Below are positions 10,501 to 16,829 of a stretch of 64,000 nucleotides of DNA, piece after piece (the first letter of the stretch is position 1; each line of letters begins with the position of its first letter). The DNA lies in the NCBI GenBank assembly GCA_039796295.1, contig JBDKJY010000011.1:93157-157156 (forward strand), read 5' to 3'. The notes beneath the pieces are model-generated. The model saw only the letters and a program-made list of their open reading frames with translations. It was not told the DNA's origin and did no database searches. The DNA comes from Verrucomicrobiota bacterium. Lineage in GTDB: Bacteria; Verrucomicrobiota; Verrucomicrobiia; Limisphaerales; SXTU01. Both the position numbers and the translations under genes were made by a program.

Positions 10501-10596
10501 AATGCGCGGCTGGCGGAGCTGGATAGCTTGCTGCCCACGGCGGCGCGGATATTGACCGCAGCGGTGGAGGAAGCCACGGCGGCGGAAACTCATTGA
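1558..10596 (+). CDS. Giant multidomain glycosyltransferase/methyltransferase/TPR protein (3,012 codons)
   Basis: Uninterrupted frame (ORF-track 1381..10596). First ATG at 1558 (MKIHIVCYEDVHGW), 13 nt after the upstream stop. Approximate in-frame modules:
- GT-B-like 1558-2450
- FkbM MTase 2700-3370 (YLDAGANVGE, VFAFEP, MKVDVEGAE)
- TPR 3470-3700
- GT4 3885-4745 (FEGNNNSLLEAAAMARALVTTD)
- TPR 4780-5085
- GT2 5365-6070 (FIVDNGSTDGT, DNDIEV)
- GT4 6210-7365 (PSRGEGWGRPMHEAMAMGRPVIAT)
- GT4 7445-8525 (PYRGEGFGLPVLEAMACALPVICT)
- TPR 8650-8910
- GT2 8975-9560 (SVFIIAKNEE, VLDTGSTDRT, LDADEE)
- TPR-like tail to 10593. Confidence 0.75.
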   Translation: MKIHIVCYEDVHGWILGKFALKLQEHLRPLGIAATISKQPDPQADINHHIIYYDYDGRKTTTETVMVTHIDTDWKRERLRQQLVNAAMGICCSAESVDALAAAGLPREKLCFVNPGHDGEMRARRTVIGITSKVQPSGCKREGILLDLAQRLSPDEFQFRIMGTGWDEHVKNLRLAGFTVDHWKAFDRPEYLKLMPSLDYYLYLGLDEGSMGYMDALAAGVQTIVTTQGFHLDAPGGITHGWSEPAELFRIFESIAREKRLRQQAVANWTWPEYAKRHLALWHYLLARQSGQLLSASLRAPLAKMAVLVDKGAFAEVKLTEESKPAKPSDDSPQRRELPPEVIRSLRAQHSHLMAANPAAAATFRKQFAKQPLDAVVADFDGDLKFRCSLHHHIGSQIFWHGGYSQAQLRLLSRLLTRPDMVYLDAGANVGEQTVFAAKRLPRGQVFAFEPTTEVFQVLSENVRANGFTHVRAEKLGLGEQSGELPIYSSHAEVASDGTVNEGVPTLFSSTDRGTVIERVRIVRLDDFLAPLNLPRLDVMKVDVEGAEMIVLKGAVETIKRHRPVFIVEVHEGTSQSAGHSVRELLQFIQRLGYRIEGLQPDGGTRPFTDNQLAEIRDVVCFPLPVAAAALETDQTPAIEAEITAALAVDPNDREALTALLSLRLDQSRWAEAAKAAFQLLQQTPNEAPILQALAHCLDQTGEHETAAAVRGRIGARTPTSAAPPSDESASHNPTRPASLPLPAGEGRGEGERVPSCTVAAPSTATTADVGVRAPRVLLLADVPNWIFHRHCQELTARLGDEFTFTTKFAGEPFNEADYDLIYPLEFNLVNPACITDPRKYLTGIRSHCTWQRLGFEQSIATLKTNFAHVHAVSTRLQRIFAPHVPSLTLLSHGVDTNFFTPRATATSPAGKLRLGWAGNRLSPNKGFAELIAPLGQLPGVELVFCGYADRNLNREQMREFYASVDAVVCASDFEGNNNSLLEAAAMARALVTTDTGTVPEYLTHGASALIVERTLPALTAAVLTLRDQPELRAKLGTAARASVVEKFSWAKLAEAHRAWFRTALASAAPGQPDYNEIEQLARQALVENPDGVEALSLLAQALLHHRNFNEAARVCLRLLELQPTHINALAMLAKCLFQANELAAARSTLEQILELEPNNAMARENLQALAQLQANGARTPTSAAPADTTKPAADVGARASLPPHLQPELDAVSAAYAAGDLPAAHAILHRAFKANPDCDALRELAAESTGLVRAACPVPDFGDAVKPARLNIALMTFNALAYTKLCLASLRQHSTEAYNVFIVDNGSTDGTREWLAEQTDENLFVEFSPANLGVPGGRNRLLQLIQPHLRTSDFVIFMDNDIEVMPGWVEHFSNFFVANPHVGIATAVGHYFNVRGDLRELGAVPVGAPTPVDVACGGFVCWVRAATAAAVGEYDEKLGLFWHEDDDYTVRALASGWEVFIVPGAPVLHHEHKSGEAKPGIKVGGSPANQRYLANKWRALGLLDANGKPKRPKSQVGQRVSPDLQTKVPPQAESGSQTDRQDALSYFKAKRPRVTLPIRWAAPFFNPTGYASEAINFVLPLSHQLNLGLFHDTNITSEQFTAELPAADRDRLLALRDKFFLMRGGVLVSHNPAFAFKRTPDALYHVGRSMYETDRIPADWVTCCNGMDEVWVPSQFNVETFANSGVLREKLVVIPGAVDENLFDPAKHTPLPLPNAAKFNFVSVFEWSGRKAWDVLLAAYLREFSAADDVCLHLRTYLFGHPDADPRDTLEPLIRDFAASLGLGNKALPRIQLLTEQIATADLPRLYLAADCIVVPSRGEGWGRPMHEAMAMGRPVIATGWSANTEFMNADNSYLLDYELVEVTGVEPYLKHYLGHRWAQPSEKHLRELMRRVKENPSEAAAKGAKARAHVTKHFSRAAVEEKVMQRLEAIERKFTKASCEPVSAKVRVLEHAAALPQPSASSIALAWSGSFLDFGSLSHVNRELTSALEKLPGVRLTRLGQSTLNAPNALAGLARTLKSTAPTGTQVTVRHAWPPDWQRPATGKLVVMQPWEFGALPLDWAKQAGSVDEFWAYSNYVRRLYLAAGVAPEKVKVIPLGIDPATFRPDAKPLPLATRKAFKFLFVGGTIYRKGPDVLLRAYLDTFTAADDVCLVIKDFGGNSVYQGQTLGTQIKAAQAQPNAPEILHLTDDLPPESLPSLYTACDCLVHPYRGEGFGLPVLEAMACALPVICTGGGSTDDFATDEFAYRLPAVRKPIGNRVGNIELVSGGWLFEPDASALAARLRHVLGNRDEARAKGRAASEFARTQFTWQRSAEAVAACLTVEAVPAAAVPAKPEPSHDRSALLVPLAPLGPSGDSASAMQKPKLNFKLPTVALLGDLCAARAALQRKQFVPAWSAVLDSLKARPFNPDAWLLLAEIAREAGDLPMATRCAERCRTLAPQWRSAKKFQKTLPTHGRDPKIAWPALPAASAAPRLSVFIIAKNEERFLGQCLASIKGLADQLVVLDTGSTDRTVAIAQEHGAEVHHAVWEDDFSAARNAALAHCTGDWVMFLDADEELPPAEHAKLRADLQAPGVLALRVRLQNAGLEDDGCCHVPRVWRNAPGLFFYGRVHEQVFPSVLVKCEAWHLETRLGTTTLRHHGYDPEVVKDRNKIARNLALLRRAVQELPGELNLTMNLGLELVRSGQLQEGLEHYRLAFSQLAELPKKDIVPELRESLLTQFVCHLHTAKQVAELLRVLESRTAREGGLTASMHFMAALACLELKRFTDGAEHACLCLAKRHQPVLSPINRDILKAGPHHVLALCQWGAQQHEEVEQAFLKALAEDAGARAARLDFARWLAERGRKVDALHLLHKLVPGSETEPRVWQLGAQIALSEPEFIEFAGDWTSEAVSHHPENTGLVSLRAEALLLAGDAEGAIAVMAPLQADSPTLHAARLLATLASDGGLPAGVARNEGAVSGEFLRWYRRLVEFRTNSLLLKVNARLAELDSLLPTAARILTAAVEEATAAETH
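3700..3881. repeat. MITE-like palindromic element with 25-bp terminal inverted repeats, in frame inside the giant ORF
   Basis: GGAGCGCGGACGCCCACGTCCGCAG (3700-3724) versus reverse complement of 3857-3881, 24/25 match. Interior carries a 9-bp-stem hairpin CCCTCTCCC-AGC-GGGAGAGGG (3777-3797). A 20-nt core (3789-3808) is identical, in inverted orientation, to 42609-42628. Confidence 0.8.
5086..5159. repeat. Short copy of the same TIR hairpin element, in frame inside the giant ORF
   Basis: Left arm 5086-5110 is identical to 3700-3724. Right arm 5135-5159 pairs 22/25. 24-nt loop. Encodes GARTPTSAAP...ADVGARA, mirroring the peptide at the first copy. Confidence 0.8.
6104..6200. repeat. Candidate third palindrome-bounded element in a giant-ORF linker
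   Basis: AAGTAGGTCAGCGC (6104-6117) versus reverse complement of GCGCTGTCCTACTT (6187-6200), 13/14. Inner stems AGGTCAG/CTGACCT and GGACAG/CTGTCC. Locally AT-richer. Sits between the GT2 and GT4 modules. Confidence 0.45.
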
Positions 10597-10612
10597 GGCA
10601 ACTCAACTCCCC

Positions 10613-13177
10613 ATGAACGGCCCTACAAAGGAGCAAAACCGGCGCGTGCTGGTGGTGGACGATGATCCGCTGGTCCACGTCATCATGCGGCGCGTGCTCA
10701 CGCAGCCGCCGCCCGTCTCCAAGAAGGCCGAGGATAACTTCCCGCCGTTTGTCGTCACCGACGCGATGTGTGGCGAGGAGGCGGAGCAGCTCACGCGGAA
10801 GGCGGAGGATGCGGGCCTGCCCTTCGCCTTGGCCTTCGTGGACATGTATATGCCGGGGATGGACGGCCAGCAGACCTTGAGCCGGCTCTGGCACATCTCG
10901 CCGGAGCTGCAGGCGGTGGTGTGCACGGGCGCGGCGGACCAGGCGCTGACGCAACTGCTCGCGCGGTTCGGCAACACGGACCAGCTCATCATTCTCAAAA
11001 AGCCGTTCGAGATCCTCGAAGTGCTCCAGCTCGCCAATGCGATGACCTCGAAGTGGCGGAACTTTGTCGCGCTGCAAGGGCACCTGGCGGGGTTGGAGAA
11101 CTGCGTCTTCGAGCGCACGGAGGACGCGCGGCGGGCGCTCGAAAAGGTGAAGTGGGAACTGGAGGAGCGGCGCAAATCCGAGACGCAGTTGCGGCGCAGT
11201 GAGGAGTTGCTCCGGCTCATCACGGACAACGCCGCCGACCTCATTGCCGTGGTGGATGCGCACGGCCAGCGCCTCTACAACAGCCCTTCCTATCGCACTG
11301 TCCTCGGCTACTCGCAGGCGGATCTCAACAGCTCAGACTCGCTCGCCCAGGTGCATCCTGAGGACCGCGAGCGCGTGACGGCGGCGGCCCGCGAGGCCAT
11401 CGAGTCGGGCGGCTCCAACCGGGTGGAGTATCGGATGCGGCATAAGGACGGGACGTGGCGCATCCTGGAGTCCACCGGCTCGGCCATCCGCAACGAACGC
11501 AGCGAGGTGGAAAAGCTCGTGCTCGTGGCGCGCGATGTCACGGAGCGCAAGCAGGTCGAAGCCATCGCGCGGGAGAACGAGGAGCGGCTCGGCTCGCTCA
11601 TCGCGAACATTCCCGGTGCGGTCTATCGCTGCACGCCGTTGCCGGAGCGGCGGATGGAGTTCGTGAGCGAGTTGATTTGGGAGCTGTCCGGTTTTCCCAG
11701 CACGGACTTTCTGGAGGATCGCACCCAGACGTTTGCTTCCATCACGCACCCGGAGGACTTGCCGCAGGTGCTGGCGGCGCTTCAGGAAGGGGTGAGCCGC
11801 CGCCAGCCTTACGTGGCTGATTACCGCGTGGTGCGCTTCGACGGCACGTTGCGTTGGGTGCATGAGAAAGGGCAGGCGGTCTTCGACCCGGCGGGCAACG
11901 TGCGCTGGCTGGACGGCGTCATCTTCGACATCACTGAGCGCAAGCAGCAGGAGGAGGAGATGCGCCGGATGCACACGGAGACGGAGAAGCTCTTCGCCTC
12001 CATTTCTGCCGTGTTGATCGGCGTGGATGTGGCGGGGCGCGTCGCGCGGTGGAACGCGGCGGCGGAGCAGACCTTCAGCTTCACAGCGGAGGAAGTGCTG
12101 GGGCGGCCGTTTCACGCGCTGCCGCTCGGGTGGGATTGGGAGAAGCTGTTGACCGTCGTGAGCGAGGCGGTGCACACGGACCGGCATCTGGAGCTGGATA
12201 ACTTCCAGTGCCAGCCCGCCACGGGGCGGCACATTTCCCTGAACTTGAGCGTCACGCCGAGCAAGCCGGACCTGGAGAACCGGCTGAAATACATCCTCCT
12301 CGCCGTGGACACGACGCAGCGGCGCGAGTTGGAGACGCAGCTCCGGCAGGCGCAGAAGCTGGAGTCCATCGGCCAGCTTGCCGCCGGCATCGCGCACGAA
12401 ATCAACACGCCGACGCAATACATCGGCGACAACTTGCGCTTCCTCCAAGACGCCTTCCGCGACCTCGGGAAGCTGCTGAACGCGCACGGGGCGTTGCTCG
12501 CTGCCACGAAGAGCGGCGGGGTGACGGCGGAGGTGATCGCGGACGCCGAGGCGGCGGCGGAGACGGCGGACGTGGAGGATTTGCAGGGCGAAATTCCACG
12601 GGCGATTGGCGAATCCCTGTCCGGTGTGGAGCGCGTCGCGACGATTGTGCGGGCGATGAAGGACTTCTCGCATCCCGGCTCGGAGGACAAGACGCCGGTG
12701 GATTTGAACCGTGCCATCGAGAGCACCATCACCGTGGCGCGCAATGAGTGGAAGTATCTGGCCGACTTGGAGACGGACTTTGACACAACTTTGCCGCCGG
12801 TGCCGTGTCTGCCCGGAGAGTTTAACCAGGCGGTGCTCAACCTCATCGTCAACGCCGCGCACGCCATTGCGGCCAAGGTCGGGGACGGCGCGGGCGGCAA
12901 GGGCGTCATCACCGTGCGGACGCGCAAGGACGGCGACTGGGCAGACGTGCGCATCCGCGACTCCGGCACGGGCATTCCGGAGGCGGCGCGGGCGCGCATC
13001 TTCGAGCCATTCTTCACGACGAAGGAAGTGGGCAAGGGCACGGGGCAGGGCTTGGCCATCGCGCGGTCGGTGGTGGTGGACAAGCATGGCGGGACCATCA
13101 CGTTTGAGACCGAGACCGGGCAGGGCACCACGTTCATCGTGCGGCTGCCGCTGACGGTGGGGAAGGGGAACAACTAG
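10613..13177 (+). CDS. Cytoplasmic sensor histidine kinase with N-terminal receiver (REC, coiled coil, 3x PAS, HisKA, HATPase_c)
   Basis: REC: [26 protein letters not shown]. Three PAS blocks, each ending ..D(V/I)TERKQ. H-box [13 protein letters not shown] boxes [25 protein letters not shown]. Confidence 0.85.
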   Translation: MNGPTKEQNRRVLVVDDDPLVHVIMRRVLTQPPPVSKKAEDNFPPFVVTDAMCGEEAEQLTRKAEDAGLPFALAFVDMYMPGMDGQQTLSRLWHISPELQAVVCTGAADQALTQLLARFGNTDQLIILKKPFEILEVLQLANAMTSKWRNFVALQGHLAGLENCVFERTEDARRALEKVKWELEERRKSETQLRRSEELLRLITDNAADLIAVVDAHGQRLYNSPSYRTVLGYSQADLNSSDSLAQVHPEDRERVTAAAREAIESGGSNRVEYRMRHKDGTWRILESTGSAIRNERSEVEKLVLVARDVTERKQVEAIARENEERLGSLIANIPGAVYRCTPLPERRMEFVSELIWELSGFPSTDFLEDRTQTFASITHPEDLPQVLAALQEGVSRRQPYVADYRVVRFDGTLRWVHEKGQAVFDPAGNVRWLDGVIFDITERKQQEEEMRRMHTETEKLFASISAVLIGVDVAGRVARWNAAAEQTFSFTAEEVLGRPFHALPLGWDWEKLLTVVSEAVHTDRHLELDNFQCQPATGRHISLNLSVTPSKPDLENRLKYILLAVDTTQRRELETQLRQAQKLESIGQLAAGIAHEINTPTQYIGDNLRFLQDAFRDLGKLLNAHGALLAATKSGGVTAEVIADAEAAAETADVEDLQGEIPRAIGESLSGVERVATIVRAMKDFSHPGSEDKTPVDLNRAIESTITVARNEWKYLADLETDFDTTLPPVPCLPGEFNQAVLNLIVNAAHAIAAKVGDGAGGKGVITVRTRKDGDWADVRIRDSGTGIPEAARARIFEPFFTTKEVGKGTGQGLAIARSVVVDKHGGTITFETETGQGTTFIVRLPLTVGKGNN

Positions 13178-13184
13178 GACTCGC

Positions 13185-14399
13185 ATGAAGAAACGGGTGC
13201 TGTTCGTGGATGACGAGACGATGGTGCTGCAAGGCTTGCAGCGCATGTTGCGCCCGATGCGCAACGACTGGGACATGGAGTTTGTCGAGTCGGGGACCGT
13301 GGCGCTGGAGCGGATGGCGGCGGCGCCGGCGGACGTGGTGGTTTCGGATATGCGCATGCCGGGGATGAACGGCGCGCAGCTCCTCTCCGAGGTGATGCGG
13401 CGTTTTCCGAAGACAGTGCGTATCATTCTGTCCGGCCACGCGGACCATGACCTGGTGCTCAAGGCGGTTGGCTCGACGCACCAGTATTTGCACAAGCCCT
13501 GTGAGCCCGAGATCCTCAAGGCGACGGTGCAGCGCGCGGTGGCGTTGGGCGACTCGCTGGACAACGAGCAGGTGAAAGCGCTCGTGTCGCAGATGAGCCG
13601 GCTGCCGAGCTTGCCGACGGTTTACCTGCGGGTGGTGGAGGAGCTGCAATCCGCTGATGCCTCGCTGGCGCGGGTGGGCGAGGTCATTGCGCAGGACGTG
13701 GGCATGAGTGCGCAGGTATTGAAGCTGGTGAACTCGGCATTCTTCGGGTTGCGGCGGCGAGTGGCGAACGCGTCCGACGCCGTGAACTACCTCGGCCTCG
13801 ACACCATCAAGGCGCTGGTGCTCTCGCTGCACACGTTCTCCCAATACGAATGCGCGGACCTGGGTGGCATCTCGATGGTCGCGCTGCGGAACCACAGTTT
13901 GCTGACCGCCGCGTGCGCCCGGCACATTGCGCGGATGGAGGGTGCGGAGGCGAAGATCCTGGATGAGGCGTTCATCGGCGGGTTGCTCCACGACGCGGGG
14001 AAGCTGGTGCTCGCCGCGAACTTCAGCGGGCCTTACGCGCGCGCGATGAAGCTCACCCGGGATGGGGGCCTGACCTTCACGGCGGCGGAGCGCGGCGTCT
14101 TTGGCTGCACGCACGCGGACGTGGGCGGTTACTTGTTGGGCTTGTGGGGCTTGCCGGTGCCGGTGGTCGAGTGCGTCTCGTATCACCATCACCCGAGCCG
14201 CACGCTGGAGAATGCGTTCAGCCCGCTCACGGCGGTCCATGCGGCGAACGTGCTGGCTTACGAGTTGGACAAGGAGGCGGTCGCAGGCAAACGCGCGGGG
14301 TTCGATCACGACTATCTGCTGCGCGTGGGCAAGGCCGGTCGGGTCGCGGCCTGGCAGGAGGATTGCCGCCTGAACGTGCAGCCGGGAGGTGGCGTGTGA
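13185..14399 (+). CDS. Response regulator, REC + HDOD domain
   Basis: VLFVDDE..VVVSDMRMPGMNG..YLHKPC, then HDOD-like LPSLPTVYLRVVEEL...LKLVNSAFFGL...GGLLHDAGKLVL. Confidence 0.8.
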   Translation: MKKRVLFVDDETMVLQGLQRMLRPMRNDWDMEFVESGTVALERMAAAPADVVVSDMRMPGMNGAQLLSEVMRRFPKTVRIILSGHADHDLVLKAVGSTHQYLHKPCEPEILKATVQRAVALGDSLDNEQVKALVSQMSRLPSLPTVYLRVVEELQSADASLARVGEVIAQDVGMSAQVLKLVNSAFFGLRRRVANASDAVNYLGLDTIKALVLSLHTFSQYECADLGGISMVALRNHSLLTAACARHIARMEGAEAKILDEAFIGGLLHDAGKLVLAANFSGPYARAMKLTRDGGLTFTAAERGVFGCTHADVGGYLLGLWGLPVPVVECVSYHHHPSRTLENAFSPLTAVHAANVLAYELDKEAVAGKRAGFDHDYLLRVGKAGRVAAWQEDCRLNVQPGGGV

Positions 14400-15529
14400 C
14401 GGAGAAGATTCTCTGCGTGGACGACGAGGCCAATGTGCTCGCCGGCTTCCAGCGGAACTTGCGCCGGCGTTTTCAACTGGAGACTGCTCAGGGCGGTGAA
14501 GCGGCGCTGGCGATGCTGGAGCAGAGCGGGCCGTTCGCCGTGGTCGTGTCCGACATGCGGATGCCCAATGTGTCCGGCTTGCAACTGCTGCGGCAGGTGA
14601 AGGCGCGCTGGCCGGAGACTGTGCGCCTGATGCTCACCGGCAACGCCGATCAGCAAACCGCGATGGACGCGGTGAACGAGGGCAGCATCTTCCGCTTCCT
14701 CACCAAGCCGTGTCCCCCGGAGACGCTCGGGGCCGCGCTCACCGCTGCGCTGGAGCAACACCGGCTCATCACCGCCGAGCGCGAGTTGCTGGAGAACACG
14801 CTCAACGGCAGCGTGCGCGCGCTCACGGAAATCCTTTCCCTACTCGCTCCGGAGACGTTTGGGCGCGGTCAGGTGGTGCGCGAACAGATGCGCGCCGTGG
14901 CGGTGACGCTGGGGTTGCCCAATGTCTGGGAGCTGGAGATGGCGGCGATGCTGCACGGCTTGGGCCAGGTCATGCTGCCGACGGAGGTGGCCGGTCGCGC
15001 GCGGCGCGGCGCGGCGCTCTCAGCGGCGGAGGAGACGATGGTGCGGAGCGTGCCGGAGGCGGGTAGCAACTTGCTGGCGCACATTCCACGGCTGCAACAG
15101 GTCGCGCGCATGGTGCTGTTTCAGAACAAGCACTTTGACGGCACCGGCTATCCCATGGACACGCCCGGCGGCGAGGAGATTCCCCCCGGCGCGCGGTTGC
15201 TCAAGGTGCTGCTGGACCTGGGGCAGCTTGAGGTGCGCGGCAGCTCGCGGCGCGAGGCGCTGGCGCAGATGCGCGAGCGGGCCGGGCATTACGACCCGCA
15301 GCTGTTGGATGCCGTCGCCGTCGTGGTCGGCGCGGGCGGGCAGAAGCCCACGACGGGCATTGCCTTCAAGGACTTGAAGCCCGGGCATGTGCTGGTCTCG
15401 GATGTCCTCACCTCGCAGAACTTGCTCATCATCGCCGCTGGCAATCGCGTCTCGCCCAGCCTGCTGGAACGACTGCGCAACTTCGCCGCGTTGTCCGGCG
15501 TGAAGGAACCCATCTATGTCGAAGCCTGA
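14396..15529 (+). CDS. Response regulator, REC + degenerate HD-GYP domain
   Basis: GTG at 14396 overlaps the upstream TGA (GTGTGA). REC: ILCVDDE..VVVSDMRMPNVSG..FLTKPC. Output domain keeps FDGTGYP and EEIPPGARL but has LHGLGQ in place of LHDIGK. Other His/Asp ligands are not visible. Confidence 0.75.
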   Translation: MTEKILCVDDEANVLAGFQRNLRRRFQLETAQGGEAALAMLEQSGPFAVVVSDMRMPNVSGLQLLRQVKARWPETVRLMLTGNADQQTAMDAVNEGSIFRFLTKPCPPETLGAALTAALEQHRLITAERELLENTLNGSVRALTEILSLLAPETFGRGQVVREQMRAVAVTLGLPNVWELEMAAMLHGLGQVMLPTEVAGRARRGAALSAAEETMVRSVPEAGSNLLAHIPRLQQVARMVLFQNKHFDGTGYPMDTPGGEEIPPGARLLKVLLDLGQLEVRGSSRREALAQMRERAGHYDPQLLDAVAVVVGAGGQKPTTGIAFKDLKPGHVLVSDVLTSQNLLIIAAGNRVSPSLLERLRNFAALSGVKEPIYVEA

Positions 15530-16457
15530 GAAGCCGAGTCACCGCGCCCTTTTGCATTATCTGGAACTCGCCGATCCCGCCAAGCGCTGGCCGCGCGATC
15601 GCATGTTGGAAGTATTCGAAGCGGGCGACAGCTTCCCCTCCTTCTCCGCCGCCGTGCTGAAGCTGACGCGACTGGCGAAAGACGAAGCGGTGGGCATGGA
15701 TGAACTGGCCGACCTCATCAGCAAAGAGCCAGGCCTCGCCACCAACTGCATCCGTGCGGCCTCGACCTCGCGGTTTGGCCGGGGCGTGGTCCGCAGCGTG
15801 CGGGGCGCGGCCTTGCGGCTGGGCACGCAGGAGATCTCGCGCGTGGCCTGCTCACTCGGCGTGATGGACCGCTTCAACCACCTCCGGGTGACGGTGGACT
15901 GGCAGCGGTTCTGGCTGCACAGCCTGCTGGTGGCGCGGATCTCGGACCAGATCGCCGCCGCGTTCCGGCAGTCCACAGGGATGGAGTATCTGGCGGGCCT
16001 ACTGCACGACGCGGGCAAGCTGCTCATCGAGCATTACCTGTCCCGCGAATATGAAACCGTGCTGGAGCGGGCTTGGAGTCACAAACGAGGGCACTTCATC
16101 GCCGAGCGCGAAGTGCTGGCCATTGACCACGCGCAGATTGGCGCAGCGCTCTGCCACTGTCTCCAGGTCCATCCTCAAGTGCGCGCCGCCGTGTGGTTTC
16201 ACCACGACCCGACGAACCCGCGCCTGCTCCAGATGGCGGGCGGCGATAAGGGTTTCCTCGCGGCGGTCGTGGGCTTCGCGGACGTGCTCGCGCATAAGGC
16301 GAGTGAAACCCTCGGCCACGAGCGCAGGACGGACACGCCCTACGACGAGCTGCCGGAGTGGCGACAGTTGATCGAGTTCGATCCGATCCACGGTCTGGAA
16401 CTCGACACGGAGAACGACCTGGCGGCGGCGGAAGCGGACTTGAAGGCGTTCACCTAA
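15516..16457 (+). CDS. Stand-alone HDOD domain protein
   Basis: ATG 15516 overlaps the upstream gene by 14 nt. FPSFSAAVLKLTRLAKDE...LISKEPGLATNCIRAAST...GLLHDAGKLLIEHY. Confidence 0.75.
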   Translation: MSKPEKPSHRALLHYLELADPAKRWPRDRMLEVFEAGDSFPSFSAAVLKLTRLAKDEAVGMDELADLISKEPGLATNCIRAASTSRFGRGVVRSVRGAALRLGTQEISRVACSLGVMDRFNHLRVTVDWQRFWLHSLLVARISDQIAAAFRQSTGMEYLAGLLHDAGKLLIEHYLSREYETVLERAWSHKRGHFIAEREVLAIDHAQIGAALCHCLQVHPQVRAAVWFHHDPTNPRLLQMAGGDKGFLAAVVGFADVLAHKASETLGHERRTDTPYDELPEWRQLIEFDPIHGLELDTENDLAAAEADLKAFT

Positions 16458-16497
16458 GCGGGCACGCCTTCACTCAACAGGCTGACAGCTCTCCCCC

Positions 16498-16790
16498 TCA
16501 CGGCACCACCATTTGCCCCACCTCACTCGCCGCGCTCTCCCTCGCGTGGTTCACCGCCGTGATGAACACCTTCACCGCCGCCCCACTCGGCAAGCCCTCC
16601 AGCGTGAAGTCACTATCCACCGGCGAGCCCACCGCCACCGGCACCGCGTCCACGCCCACGACCGTCACTGCCGTGGTCAGCGTCACCTACGCCGCCTTGG
16701 CCGTGGCGAAGTTGTGGACGGGCGATTGGTTAAAGAAGTCCGCGGGCGGCGTCAGCGGCTTTGATGTAAATGTTTCGGAAATGCCGCTGC
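16498..16790 (-). pseudogene. Possible decayed fibronectin-III-like fragment with in-frame TAG
   Basis: Minus-strand reading ..PLTPPADFFNQSPVHNFATAKAA*VTLTTAVTVVGVD..FTLEGLPSGAAVKVFITAVNHARESAASEV. The tail resembles an FN3 C-terminal strand pattern. Stop at 16687-16689 splits it. No convincing start. Confidence 0.25.
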
Positions 16791-16829
16791 GGTAGGGGCG
16801 CAGGTGGTCTTGGCACGGCCGATCCGGGG

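Noticed and set aside
1333-10593. Long antisense or out-of-frame ORFs across the giant gene (for example 1333..2559 -, 2707..3558 -, 4966..6153 -, 7225..8577 -, 8584..9639 -, 9706..10593 -)
   Set aside because: These are typical high-GC shadow ORFs. Their translations are Arg/Ala/Gly/Pro-rich with no motifs, while the plus frame carries continuous recognisable domains.
1558-10596. Giant ORF as several adjacent genes mis-joined
   Set aside because: I looked for in-frame stops or frame changes at each domain junction and found none. All modules are in one frame. Internal starts cannot be excluded but are not required.
11333-13564. 743-aa minus-strand ORF opposite the first histidine kinase (also 13134..14309 -, 16687..17637 -, 17709..18590 +)
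   Set aside because: These are shadow ORFs. The opposite strand encodes complete REC/PAS/HK or HDOD domains.
14144-14395. 5' extension of the REC/HD-GYP gene
   Set aside because: It lies entirely inside the REC-HDOD gene in another frame. The receiver domain begins right at GTG 14396, which overlaps the upstream stop.
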